Source of the DNA: Acidobacteriota bacterium
Lineage (GTDB): Bacteria > Acidobacteriota > UBA890 > WLXD01
Reading direction: 5' to 3'
Length of the DNA stretch: 64,000 nucleotides
Assembly: GCA_965205505.1 (NCBI GenBank)
Contig: CBDBHB010000009.1
Span: forward strand, 1,152,001-1,216,000
The notes beneath the pieces are model-generated. The model was not told where the DNA came from and did no database searches. It saw only the letters and a program-made list of their open reading frames with translations. A program made the position numbers and the translations under genes. Below are positions 18,933 through 29,580 of the stretch, piece by piece; within the stretch, counting starts at the first letter, position 1, and the number at the start of each line of letters is the position of its first letter.

Positions 18933-21900
18933 TCAGCGCTGCCGGATGAACGGAATGTTCGCCTCGAGCACGCGGCGGTTGAGCTTGCCGAGATCCTCCT
19001 GAACTAACGTCTCGAGGCTGCCGAGCGCCTCCTCGAGGCCTGCCTCCAGCCGCTCGAGCCAATCGGCCTGAACCTGCGTCGGGGCGGCGGAAGCTCGCCC
19101 TACGGCCGACGCCAGCGTGCGTAGCTTCTGATGGATCTTGGGGCCGGCGATGTAAGGTCCGGTCGGCCCGCTGTCGGCGTCTGCACGTGGCTGGCTGGTG
19201 ATTCCCGACCTGATCTCATCGAGACGTAGGGAGAGATCCTCTGCAGTGCTCGCAAGGTCACCCGCGGCGTCGGCGTCGCCGATCCGATCGCCGAGCGACT
19301 GCAGCTGCCCTACGAGGTCGTCGATGCGCTCGATTCCCTTCTGCGATCGGGCGCGCAGGTCGGCCAGCCGCAGCAGCGCATCGCGCTGCGTGCGCAGCTC
19401 TTGCAACGATACGTCGACACGCGGGTCCATCCGCACCACGAGCTCGGTAGCCGACTCCGTCCCCGCCGCCTTCAGGACCACCCGGTAGGTCGCCGGGATC
19501 ACCAGCGGTGCGGTCGGTCCGGACCCCGGGAACGTAGCTGTCGTTGCTTGCTCTTCCTCCGACTGGTGCCGTAGGTTCCAGGCCACGCGGTTGAGCCCCG
19601 CCTCGGCGGGTGCCTCGAGGGTGCGGACCACCTCGCCGTCGGCGGCCTGGATCTCGATCTTGATCGCAGGCTCATCGTCCGCGTCAGCGGGCTCCCCGGA
19701 CGCCCGCTCCTCGGGAGACGCTTCGTCATCTGATTCGGGAACGTTCGCAACGCTTCCGCTTCCCTCCGCATCGAGTCCGGGTTCCGACAGATCCAGCCCC
19801 GGGGGCACGAAGTACGAGATCACGGCGCCGTAGGGTGGGTTGGCGCCGACGAAAACCTTGTCGCCTAGGTCGACGCGCAGCTCGCGCGTGTACGGTTGAA
19901 AGCGCGTAGCTGTGGGCACGTCGAACAGGTGAACAACGGCCGCATCGGTCCCGCCCGCGGTGCCGCCTTCCGCCGAGGCGGCTGCTCCGCTGCTGCCGTG
20001 GAGCACCGCCAGGAGCTGCTGCAGCGGCGTGATGTCGTCGAGAATGAGGATCGAGCGCCCGTGCGTGCCGATGATCAGGTCGTTGTTGCGCGGGTGGATC
20101 AGGACGTCTCGCACCGCCACCGGCGGCAGCCCGAGGCGCAGCGAGGTCCAGGCGCGCATCTCCGAGTCGTCGTGCCCCGGGCCCCAGGAGGCGAAGATGC
20201 CCAGCTCGGTGCCGACGTACAGCAGGTCGGGGTTGCGCGGATCCTCGCGCACTACGTGCAGGTAGCCTGGGTCGGGGAGGCTCGAGCCAATGTCGGTCCA
20301 GCTGTCGCCGAAGTCGGTGGTCATGAACAGATACGGCGCGAAGTCGTCGAGGCGGTGCCGGTCGAAGGCGACGTAGGCGGTGCCCGCGTCGCGCCGTGAG
20401 GCCTCGATGCGCGACACCCAAGACTCTGGTGGTACCGGGATGTTGCCTACGACGTTGGTCCACACAGCTCCATCGTCGCGCGTTACTTGCACGTTGCCGT
20501 CGTCGGTGCCGACCCAAATCACTCCGGCTCGAACCGGTGATTCGGCGATCGTGTAGATCGTGGTGTGGTATTCGGCGGTCGTGTTGTCGGGGGTGATCGG
20601 GCCGCCCGACGGGCGCTGCTTCTCCTCGTCGTTGGTGGTGAGGTCCGGGCTGATCTCCACCCAGGAATCGCCGCCGTCGCTGGTGCGGAACAGCACGTTG
20701 CCGCCCAGATAGACGGCTTTCGGGTCGTGAGGCGAGATGTGGATCGGCGAGTTCCAGTTGAACCGGTAGGGGTGCTCGCCAACGGCGCCGCCCGAGAACG
20801 GGTAGGGGCGGATGGAGCGGTTCTCGTTGGTGCGCAGGTCGATACGCAGGATGCTCCCGCCCTGGGAGCCGGCGTAGACGATGTTGTGGTCGCTGGGGTC
20901 GGGCTGGATGTAGGTGCCGTCGCCGTACTGCACGTGGTACCAGTCGGCCTCGAGGATGCCGGTGCTGGTCATCGTGTTGCTCGGCCCACACCAGGCGTCG
21001 TTGTCCTGGAAGCCGGCGCAGATGAAGTAGGGGTCGCGCATGTCGGCGCCGAGCTGGTAGACCTGCTGTAGCGGCAGGTTGTTGACCAACTCCCAGGTCT
21101 CACCGCCGTTGTAGGAGTACGCGATACCGCCGTCGTTGCCATCGACCACCATCATCGGATCATCGGGGTTGATCCAGAACGACTGGTGATCGCCGTGATG
21201 CGTTGTGCCGATACGCCGCCAGGTACGGCCCCCGTCCGTGGACACGTTCAATCGCCCTCCCACCATGTAGAGGCGATTCTCGTTGGATGGATCGATGCGG
21301 AAGTCGCTGTAGTAGAACGGGCGCGAGGCGATCGCGCGGTCGTCGCTGATGTGTCCCCAGGAGCTGCCGCCGTCGCTGCTGCGCCACAGGGCCCCGTCAG
21401 TCGACTCGATCATTGCGTACACCACATCGTGATCGGAGACGGCAACGGCCACGCCGATGCGGCCGAGCACGCCGGACGGCAACCCGTTGTCGAGCTTCTC
21501 GTCGGTGAGCTCGGTCCAGCTGTCGCCGCCATCGCGACTCATGTACAGGCCGCTGCCCGGGCCGCCCGAGCGGAAGTTCCACGGCTGACGCAGAAAGTCC
21601 CACATACCGGCGTAAAGGACGCGGGGGTTGGTGGCGTCCATCGCCAGGTCGGATACGCCGGTGGTTTCGTCGACGTAGAGAACCTTCTCCCAGGTCTCGC
21701 CGCCATCGAGGCTGCGGTACACGCCGCGGTCCGGATGGGCTCCCCAGGCGTGCCCCATCGCCCCGACATAAACGTGGTCGGGGTTGTCCGGATGCACGCG
21801 GATGCGGGCGATGCGCTCGGTAGCCTCCAGGCCGATGTGGGTCCACGTGTCGCCACCGTCGGTAGAGCGATACACGCCGTCGCCAAACGACGTCGAGTTG

Positions 21901-22271
21901 CGCGGGTTGTGCTCGCCGGTGCCGAGGTAGACCACATTAGGGTCCGACGGGGCTACAGCAACTGCCCCGAGCGACAAGGTCCCACCGTCGTCGAAGATCG
22001 ACTCCCAGGTGACGCCGCGATCCTCGGTACGGAACAAGCCGCCGGAAGCGGTCGCCATGTAGAGCATGTTGGGGCGCCCCGGAACCCCGGCCAGATCGAC
22101 CGTGCGGCCACCCATGAAAGCGGGACCGATCGAGCGCCAGGAGAGGCCGCCCAGCAGGTCTTCGAGGGTGGCGTCGTCGTCCTCTTGTGGAGCGATCGCG
22201 TGACCAACCGATGGAACCAGAGCTTGGCCGGTGAGCAGCACCAACAGCAGGGTAATCGAGAGCACACGCAT
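18933..22271 (-). CDS. VPS10/BNR (sortilin-like) repeat secreted protein, glycosyl hydrolase-like
   Basis: Signal peptide; WRSIGP...GGR; many SxDGGxTW BNR repeats; THGRS; helical C-terminus. Confidence 0.88.
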   Translation of the reverse strand: MRVLSITLLLVLLTGQALVPSVGHAIAPQEDDDATLEDLLGGLSWRSIGPAFMGGRTVDLAGVPGRPNMLYMATASGGLFRTEDRGVTWESIFDDGGTLSLGAVAVAPSDPNVVYLGTGEHNPRNSTSFGDGVYRSTDGGDTWTHIGLEATERIARIRVHPDNPDHVYVGAMGHAWGAHPDRGVYRSLDGGETWEKVLYVDETTGVSDLAMDATNPRVLYAGMWDFLRQPWNFRSGGPGSGLYMSRDGGDSWTELTDEKLDNGLPSGVLGRIGVAVAVSDHDVVYAMIESTDGALWRSSDGGSSWGHISDDRAIASRPFYYSDFRIDPSNENRLYMVGGRLNVSTDGGRTWRRIGTTHHGDHQSFWINPDDPMMVVDGNDGGIAYSYNGGETWELVNNLPLQQVYQLGADMRDPYFICAGFQDNDAWCGPSNTMTSTGILEADWYHVQYGDGTYIQPDPSDHNIVYAGSQGGSILRIDLRTNENRSIRPYPFSGGAVGEHPYRFNWNSPIHISPHDPKAVYLGGNVLFRTSDGGDSWVEISPDLTTNDEEKQRPSGGPITPDNTTAEYHTTIYTIAESPVRAGVIWVGTDDGNVQVTRDDGAVWTNVVGNIPVPPESWVSRIEASRRDAGTAYVAFDRHRLDDFAPYLFMTTDFGDSWTDIGSSLPDPGYLHVVREDPRNPDLLYVGTELGIFASWGPGHDDSEMRAWTSLRLGLPPVAVRDVLIHPRNNDLIIGTHGRSILILDDITPLQQLLAVLHGSSGAAASAEGGTAGGTDAAVVHLFDVPTATRFQPYTRELRVDLGDKVFVGANPPYGAVISYFVPPGLDLSEPGLDAEGSGSVANVPESDDEASPEERASGEPADADDEPAIKIEIQAADGEVVRTLEAPAEAGLNRVAWNLRHQSEEEQATTATFPGSGPTAPLVIPATYRVVLKAAGTESATELVVRMDPRVDVSLQELRTQRDALLRLADLRARSQKGIERIDDLVGQLQSLGDRIGDADAAGDLASTAEDLSLRLDEIRSGITSQPRADADSGPTGPYIAGPKIHQKLRTLASAVGRASAAPTQVQADWLERLEAGLEEALGSLETLVQEDLGKLNRRVLEANIPFIRQR

Positions 22272-22330
22272 CGAAGCCTCCTTGGCTCAGCTGAGGATCG
22301 GCAGGGTACCGTGCGGCGGCCGTCGGAGAC

Positions 22331-22492
22331 AGGAAGTCTCGATGCGCGCTCCGCCGGGCGTTGAGGGACTTCTTGCGCGGCGATCGGCTCGGTGAGCTGG
22401 AGCGTCAGGATCGTGACGGCTATGAAAGAGTGCCCGAGGGCGTCGAGGAGCTCGCAGTCTGGGAGGACATTCTCGAGTGGCCCGCAGGCTAG
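22331..22492 (+). pseudogene. 5'-truncated RHH/CopG-type antitoxin remnant
   Basis: Frame reads RKSRCALRRALRDFLRGDRLGELERQDRDGYERVPEGVEELAVWEDILEWPAG* and overlaps the toxin start. There is no start codon upstream of the RHH-like part, and an in-frame TGA lies at 22292. Confidence 0.6.
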
Positions 22493-22809
22493 AGCGCGGC
22501 GAAATCCGGCTCGTCAGCTTCGCTTCGCCCGACAAGGTCAGGCCGGCGCTGGTTATCACCCGCGACAGTGCCCTGGGATACCTGAACCGGGTAACGGTGG
22601 CACCGATCACCTCGTCCATCAGAGGCGTGCCGTCGGAGGTCCGACTCGGCGTGGACGACGGCATGACGCGCGACTGCGTTGTCAACCTGCACCACCTGGC
22701 GACGATCTCCCGCCACCGTCTAGGTCGCCGACTCGCGAGCCTTAGCGACGAGCGCATGCGCTCCGTGTGCCGGGCGATCGGCTTCGCGCTGGGCTGCGAG
22801 AGCAGGTAG
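22477..22809 (+). CDS. mazF: PemK/MazF-family endoribonuclease toxin
   Basis: RGEI, KVRPALVIT, VTVAPITS and VNLHHLATI motifs. Confidence 0.88.
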   Translation: MARRLERGEIRLVSFASPDKVRPALVITRDSALGYLNRVTVAPITSSIRGVPSEVRLGVDDGMTRDCVVNLHHLATISRHRLGRRLASLSDERMRSVCRAIGFALGCESR

Positions 22810-23013
22810 CTCCTCTCCTGGCATGCGTGAAGCCTCCTAAACAGATATTTGACTGGTACCCCGTCAGGTTCCCCACGGTGACCTGCTAGAATCGCCGTCG
22901 CTGATTCCCCGTGTTCGCAGCGCAGCGCAGCCGGGCAAACGCTGCCTAACGTCGGCGTAGGTCGACGGATGCTCCCCTTGGGCGCGGACCCGAAACGGAA
23001 CGGAGGCCATCTG

Positions 23014-23450
23014 ATGGAGATGAAACGTCTCGCTGTCTTGCCAATAGCGCTTCTTATCGCGGGCACTGCCGTTGCGGCGAGCGTTCGAGGCATGGCGCCT
23101 GAGACCCTCGAAGCCGGTCGACCCCGGGTGCAGGCTACCCCGCCAATCAACGTCATCTTGACCTGCAACGCGGGCGGCCAGGTAGGAATCCAGGTCAATC
23201 CGTTTCGCCGTCACCTAGGCCGTGACGATACCGCCAGATGGCGGCGAGTCGGCGGCTACAATGGCACCTTCGAGATCGAACCGGTGGGCACTTTCCCGTG
23301 GACGCTCTCGAACGGCGGGACGAGCGCTGGCGGGAGGTGACGGGAACGCCCCCTAGCGGCGGAGTCGGTGACGGAACCTACTACTACAAGGTGAAGTTCA
23401 TGTGCGACGGCGACGAGGTCGTGCTCGACCCCCGCATGGACGTCCCCTGA
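23014..23450 (+). pseudogene. Small secreted beta-sandwich protein (C-terminal YYKV...LDP), frameshifted near 23335
   Basis: GGAGG RBS and signal peptide; the frame switches in a G run (GGCGGGAGGTGA) and continues EVTGTPP...YYYKVKFMCDGDEVVLDPRMDVP*. Confidence 0.6.
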
Positions 23451-23463
23451 TCATCACGTCCGC

Positions 23464-26115
23464 TCAGCGGGCTCCTGGATCCAGCAAGGCCTCGAATCGC
23501 GGGTCGCCCGCGAGGTCGTCGAACACGGGTGCCGCCCGGATCTCAACCACCGTGTAACCGGCGGCCACCGCCGCCTGTAGATGGTGCAGGGCCGTATCGT
23601 CGTCTCCCAGGCGGTGATAAACCTTGGCCGCCTAAAGCAGGACGTATCCCTCGCTGGCCTCCAGAGCCAGGGCCTTTTCGATGTGCGCGATCGCGTTGTC
23701 GCGTTGCTCGAGCATGGCGTTGTAAAAGGCCAGGTCGATAAGAGCATCGACATCACGAGGATTGATACGCAGCTGTGCCTCGCCCAGCGCGATTGCCCGC
23801 CTGTATGTGTCGGCCGCCCTGTCGCGCGCCCCAGGGAGCCAATAATAGGCGTCGGCTAGATTGCCCCAACGCAAGTGGTTCTTGTCGTCGAGCTCCGCAG
23901 CGCGCTCGAAGGTGCGCGCGGCGTCGGCATAGCGTCGCTGAAAGAAGTAGAGGGTCGCCAGGTTCGACAGCGACCTCTCGTCATCCGGCCGGATGCTCAG
24001 CGCCCGCTCGAACAGCCGTCGCGCCTCGTCCCAGTTCTCCGCGAAGTAGTGGGCGGTCCCGAGGTTGCGGTAGCCACTGTAGCTGGCCGGTGCCAGTCGT
24101 ACGACCTCCCCCAGGCTGACGATCGCCTCGTCCAGGCGACCACGGCGAAGCAGGAAGATGCCGAGCCACTGATGGCCGGCCCAGTAGTGCGGCCGGGTCA
24201 TGATCGCGTCCCGGTAGGTCTCCTCTGCCAGCTCCGGTTTGTTGAGCTCCTGATACGCCTTGCCCAGCTCGATGTAGGCCACATCGATCGTCGGATCGAG
24301 CGCCAATGCTCGGGAGAGCTCGGCGATGGCGATCTCCGGCTCTCCCGTGCTGTTGTAAAGCTCACCGAGGCAGACATGGGCAAGCGCCGCCTGGTCGTCG
24401 AGCTCCTGAGCGCGACGGCACTGTTGGCTGGCGCGGTCGATCCACACCGGCTCGCGCGTGTCGGTGAACCGACGCTGGAAGGCCGTGCCCAGGGCAGCGT
24501 GAGCGTCGGCATAGGTCGGATCGAGCCGCAAGGCCTGTTGGAAGAAGTCGGCGGCGGACTCGATGTTGTCAGGATCATCGTAGTCTGCGAGCAACCCCTG
24601 CCCGCGCAGGAATAGCGCGTAGGCTGCCGGATTGCTCGTACCCGCACTGAAGGCCTGCCGGTCAATTGGCTCGAGCTCCACTTGGAGCATGCCCAGGACC
24701 TGCTGCGCCACTCGTTCCTCGAACTCGATGAGGTCGTCGAGCGTGCCGTCGATGGTGTCGGCACCAAGCTGGCGCTGCGCGCCGACGTCGACCAGGGTCG
24801 CCGTGACACGGAGATCCCGATCGCCAACTCGACGCGTCGCATAGTTGATGGCGAGCGACACGCCGAGCTCCTCGCGCGCTTTCCCCAGCGTGTCTATACG
24901 CAGCTCGCGCAGCGAGCTGGCGGGGATCACCTGTAACCCGTGGGTGCGGGACAGTCCCGCCAGTTGCGCCGTCAGCGTCACCGTCAGGCCGTCGTTGAGC
25001 GCGGCGATCTCAGGGTCTGGCTCGGCCACCGCGACGATGGGCAGGACGGCGATGACCCAGTCCGTGGGATCGAACGCTGCGGCCGCGACCCTCGCGCCGA
25101 TCCGGCCGGAGCTCGGCGCATCCACCGGCGCGCTCGAGGTATCTGTGGTCGGCCACAGTGTTTGCCAGCCGATCACCAGCGTTGCAGCCAGGGCGAGCGC
25201 ACCCACCGAGTAGGCTACGGTTCGCTTCTTGTTGAGCCCGCGCCCGGCAACGGCGGTACTCCTCGACCAACCTGAGAGCTCCTCGTCGATCTCGATCCGC
25301 GCGTCGGCAATGTCGTGGAGTCGTTCGCCCCGGTCTTTCTGCAAGCATCGCCGCGACAAGGACTCAACAGAACCAGGCGTGCCAGCCGGCAAGTCACTCC
25401 AGTTGGGCTCGTGCTCGAGGATCGCGTTGAGCGTGTCGACAGCCGTCTCACGAGCAAACGCCGGTTTGCCGGTCAAAGTCTCGTAGAGCACACACCCAAA
25501 CGACCAGATATCGGTCCGACTATCGAGCGCCTGTCCTCGCAACTGCTCCGGACTCATATAGGGAGCTGTGCCGAGGAACACGCCATGCGCCGTGAGGTCG
25601 GAGGCTTTCGTAGCGGCGTGCGTCAGATCACCCTCTTCCACGTGCTGGAGTGCTTTTGCGAGGCCGAAATCGAGCACCTTGACCGCGCCCTGCCACGTCA
25701 CCATCACGTTGCCGGGTTTCAAATCGCGATGGATGATTCCTTTCTCGTGAGCAGCCTCTAGCGCCTGGGCGATCTGTCGGTTGATTCGCATGGCATCTTG
25801 CAGGGATAGAGGTCCTTCTCGCAGCCGCTCGGCGAGGGTCTCTCCCTCCACTAGCTCGAGGATCAGACACGGACGACCGTCGTGCTCTTCCAGTCCATGG
25901 ATCGTCGCGATGTTGGGATGGTTGAGTCCGGCCAGAATCTCGGCTTCGCGATCGAACCTCGCCAGGGTCGCGTCGGAAACCACTCCGTCTGGGAGTACCT
26001 TGATGGCCACATCGCGCTTGAGCTTGGTGTCCTTGGCTCGATACACTGCGCCCATCCCGCCTGCACCGAGCGGGGAGAGGATCTCGTACTGGCCTAGGCG
26101 AGTGCCGGGTTCCAT
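23464..26115 (-). pseudogene. Hanks-type Ser/Thr kinase - TM - TolB-like - TPR protein with a premature TAG at 23632-23634
   Basis: [22 protein letters not shown] and APYMSPE motifs, then TPR repeats. The same frame continues past the TAG for 55 codons (AAKVYHRLG...DPRFEALL), the usual C-terminus of this family. Confidence 0.88.
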
Positions 26116-26209
26116 GGCGCTACCGGAGGGGAGTGGGGGCGAGCGTGAAGCCTACCGCCGGCGCGGGCGAGGGTCCACGGGAGGTCCGGTACCCCTTAGG
26201 GAGCCAATC

Positions 26210-28975
26210 CTACTCTGCGGTCAGCGCTCCCACCGGGTCTGCCGAGGCGGCACGCCGCGCCGGGAGCCACGTGGCCGTCGCCGATACCAACAGAGCCAGC
26301 CCCAGGGCCGAGCCCACGACCCACGGATCGGTGCCGGCGACCTCGTAGAGGAAGCTCTGAATCCAGCGCGCCAGAGCAAGCGCCAATGCCATGCCTGCAA
26401 GCGCGCCTAGGGCCGCCACCTTGAATCCGCCCGCCAGAACCTCGGTCACGATGTCCTTGTCCGACGCCCCCAGGGCGATACGAATGCTGAGCTCCCGTGA
26501 CCGGCCGCGCACGCCATGCGCAGTAATGCCGTAGATTCCGATCGTTCCCAGGATCAAGGCCGCCGCCGTGAAGGCGGACATGAGTATCAATACGGCGCGC
26601 CGATCGCTGACCGAGTCGGCGATCAATCGCTGCATCGTCGTGTAGTCGGAGACGACGCCCGCAGAGTCGACCGCTCGGACCGCATCGCGCACGGTTGCCA
26701 GAGCCGCCGCTCGCGGCTCTGCGCGAACCATGTATTCGCGCCCGAAGAAACCGAAGCGCTCGGCGATTGCCCCGACCTGGGTCTCGGGCCGGTAGACCAA
26801 CAGCGGCGCCTGCTCGGCGAGACCCAGGAAGCGAACATCGGCGGCGATTCCGACAACCGTCGCCCACGGCAACCCTTCCTCTACGGTCGATTCGAACTCG
26901 GTTGCCACCTGCCCACCGATCGCGTCGCCGCTCGGGAAGAGCGTGCGTGCGGTGCTGCTCGAGATGACGGCGACCGGCTCTGAGCCCTCGGTATCATCGG
27001 GGCCGAAGAAGCGGCCTTCCAAGAGCGGCGTCTCGGCGACGGCGAAGTAATCGGGGCCGACCGACCGACAGCGACACAGGGTGTCGCTGTCGGTCTCCGG
27101 GCCTGCCTCGTCGAACCGGCGACAGCCCACTACGCCGCCGTCCTGGTTGTAGGGGGCCTGCGAGATCGTTGACGCCCGTGTAACACCGCGGAGGGCGTCG
27201 ATTCGCTCGAGCACGAGTCGATGGAAGGTCGACGCCTCGACGTGGGAGGTCGGTCGACCTCTCTCGGCCCCCACGTAGAAGGTGACGAGTCCCTCCGACC
27301 TGATACCGGCATCGACACGGCTGAGGTGCCAGAAGCTCTTCACGAGCAGGCCTGCCCCGATGAGCAGCATCACGGCCAGCCCGACTTCCGCAGCGACGAT
27401 GGCGCGCTGGAAGTAGCTGCGCCCGGTCGTGCCACGCCCGCCCGAAGCGAGGCTCTCTCGTAATCGAATGGTGGCGAGTCGCAGGGCAGGCGCGATGGCG
27501 ACTAGCCAACCGGTGAGCAGCGCCAGCGCCACGGCGAAGCCTGCGACCCGAGCGTCGATCTCGATCGCGGCCATACGCGGCGTATCGTCAGGCAACAGCG
27601 CCAGCACTCCCCGCACGGCTACCGCGGAGCTCATCAGACCGAGGCCTCCCCCGAGCAGTGCCAGGACCGTGCTCTCGGTCAGAAGTTGGCGCACGAGGCG
27701 AGATGGCCTCGCACCGAGTGCAAGCCGCACCGAAATCTCGCGCTGTCGCGCGATTCCGCGGGTCAGCAGCAGGTTCACCACGTTGGCCGAAGCGATGAGC
27801 AAGATCAGGCCAACCGAGCCAAACAAGAGCAGCAACGCTGGCCTCACCTCGCCGACGACGAACTCGCGCAGTGGTAGGACGGTGAAATCGGCGCCGAAAT
27901 CGTCCCGCGTCTCATATCTCTCCTTCCACCCCACAACAACAGCTTGCAGCTCGGCTCGCGCCTGCGCGATCGTTGCGCCAGGCTTCAACCGGCCGAGTCC
28001 CTTCATCTCCGCGGACTGGAATGTGATGTGGTCACGGTCGAACGCTTTCGGCAACACGACATCGGCGTCGGGCCGGAGAAGGTCGTAATCTGCTGCAAGC
28101 ACCCCGACGACGACGTGTTCTTCACTATCGAGCGTGACCGTCTGCCCGACGATCGACCGGTCGCCGGCGAGCTCGTTCTGCCAAAACGAGTGCGTCACAA
28201 CGGTGACCTTCTCGTTTCCCAGCTCGTTCGCGTCGGGCGCAAAGGTTCGGCCGAGCTCCATGACGGGTCCGAGCACGTCGAGAAAGCCGGCCGTGACGCG
28301 CAGACCGCTGATCGACTTGGTTCCCTCCTCCTCGTCGCGATACCAGGCGTTGCGCGGCGAGTATCCGGCGACAGCAGAGAAGGAGCTCGACTCCGTACCG
28401 AGCAGGTCTTTCTGGAACACCTCGAAGTTGGCGTTGGAGAACCAGAAGGTCGGCCAAATGGCCACGATCCGGTCGGGCTCGGGGTAGGGCAACGGTCGCA
28501 AGAGGATGCCGTCGACCACACTGAAGATCGTCGTCGTCGCGGCAATGCCGATCGCGATGGTCAGAACGACGGTCGCCGTGAAACCGGGTTGGAGCCTGAT
28601 CGAGCGGGTCGCGAAGCGGACGTCTTGCAGAAGATCGCTGCCCCACCGGGCGACCGCGGCAAGCGGATTGCGGTGGTTCCATGAGGGATCTCCGTGCCGC
28701 GTTCCGCTCAGCGCTCGCAGAGAGGTGCCGGACGCCCACCAGGTGAGTTGCCCACGGATGCTCTCGGCGTCGCCGAACCTCTCGAGGGCGTGCTCGAGCG
28801 CGTCCCTGGGGTGCAGGCCACGGGCGAGCTGCGCTCGGGCTTCCGTCTCCAGGTGCAGGACGAAATCCGTCCTCGCCTCAGTGGTGTTTGCGTTGCGGAT
28901 CTCGAGGCCGTTCAGCAGCTCGTCGACGTGACGCTCGATCCGCCGACGAATCTCGGGTGGCAGCGCTTCGCTCAT
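26210..28975 (-). CDS. ADOP-type duplicated ABC permease (MacB/FtsX x2) with N-terminal prefix domain
   Basis: DLLQDVRFA, LLRPLPYPEPDRIV, REISVRLALGA, QLLTES and PARRAASADPV motifs. Confidence 0.92.
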   Translation of the reverse strand: MSEALPPEIRRRIERHVDELLNGLEIRNANTTEARTDFVLHLETEARAQLARGLHPRDALEHALERFGDAESIRGQLTWWASGTSLRALSGTRHGDPSWNHRNPLAAVARWGSDLLQDVRFATRSIRLQPGFTATVVLTIAIGIAATTTIFSVVDGILLRPLPYPEPDRIVAIWPTFWFSNANFEVFQKDLLGTESSSFSAVAGYSPRNAWYRDEEEGTKSISGLRVTAGFLDVLGPVMELGRTFAPDANELGNEKVTVVTHSFWQNELAGDRSIVGQTVTLDSEEHVVVGVLAADYDLLRPDADVVLPKAFDRDHITFQSAEMKGLGRLKPGATIAQARAELQAVVVGWKERYETRDDFGADFTVLPLREFVVGEVRPALLLLFGSVGLILLIASANVVNLLLTRGIARQREISVRLALGARPSRLVRQLLTESTVLALLGGGLGLMSSAVAVRGVLALLPDDTPRMAAIEIDARVAGFAVALALLTGWLVAIAPALRLATIRLRESLASGGRGTTGRSYFQRAIVAAEVGLAVMLLIGAGLLVKSFWHLSRVDAGIRSEGLVTFYVGAERGRPTSHVEASTFHRLVLERIDALRGVTRASTISQAPYNQDGGVVGCRRFDEAGPETDSDTLCRCRSVGPDYFAVAETPLLEGRFFGPDDTEGSEPVAVISSSTARTLFPSGDAIGGQVATEFESTVEEGLPWATVVGIAADVRFLGLAEQAPLLVYRPETQVGAIAERFGFFGREYMVRAEPRAAALATVRDAVRAVDSAGVVSDYTTMQRLIADSVSDRRAVLILMSAFTAAALILGTIGIYGITAHGVRGRSRELSIRIALGASDKDIVTEVLAGGFKVAALGALAGMALALALARWIQSFLYEVAGTDPWVVGSALGLALLVSATATWLPARRAASADPVGALTAE

Positions 28976-29043
28976 CGCTCAGCAACCTTGTTCGGGGAAC
29001 GCTATCGTCAATCCGCGGCCGCGCATCGCTCGTGCAGGCCAGC

Positions 29044-29391
29044 TCAGTGGGCCCTACCGAGCGCCAGCTTCATGCCGCGGGCAAAAAGATCCCAGTTCTC
29101 GAGTAGCTCGTTGAGAGCCACGCGGCCCTCTGTGGTCAGGTGGTAGACCTTCCGACTGCGACCCGCGTCGGGAGTCTGCACCTCGCTGCGCAGCCAGCCC
29201 TTGTCGCGGAGGCTGTACAGCAGGGGGTACACCGTGCCGTCGCTGAAGGCGAAGATGCCATCGCTCCGCCGCCGGATCGTCTGGATCAACTCGTACCCGT
29301 GCAACGGTTGCTCGGCGAGCACGGCGAGGATCATCGTGGTCGCGCCGCCTCTGACGAACTGCCGTTCCGAGCTTCGGGATCGAGCGCTCAT
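29044..29391 (-). CDS. PadR-family transcriptional regulator
   Basis: LHGYEL, GTVYPLLYSL and RKVYHLT motifs; directly upstream of the ADOP permease. Confidence 0.92.
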   Translation of the reverse strand: MSARSRSSERQFVRGGATTMILAVLAEQPLHGYELIQTIRRRSDGIFAFSDGTVYPLLYSLRDKGWLRSEVQTPDAGRSRKVYHLTTEGRVALNELLENWDLFARGMKLALGRAH

Positions 29392-29580
29392 TTGCGCATC
29401 CTCCGCTGCGAATTACCTGTTCACGGAAGCGAAATCGCCGGATTTCGATGTGGACACTACCTCGACGAAAATAGTATTGCAACCGATGGTAAACTCCGAA
29501 GTGGTTCGCGTGTTGCAAACGTGGGGCAGAAGGGCTGTCGTGTTTTCGCGGGTGCTGAGTTGGTACAGACTGGCTCAGCC

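Noticed and set aside
22838-22870. TGGTACCCCGT preceded by an AT-rich tract, resembling a tRNA 3'-end att fragment
   Set aside because: Only about 11 bp, with no T-arm and no partner copy or integrase in the window.
7131-23634. Stop-codon recoding (TGA as Trp/Sec in glcB; TAG as Pyl/Gln in the kinase)
   Set aside because: TGA and TAG end many normal genes here and Trp is coded by TGG throughout. The glcB site aligns to Trp, not Cys. Point nonsense changes are the simpler explanation.
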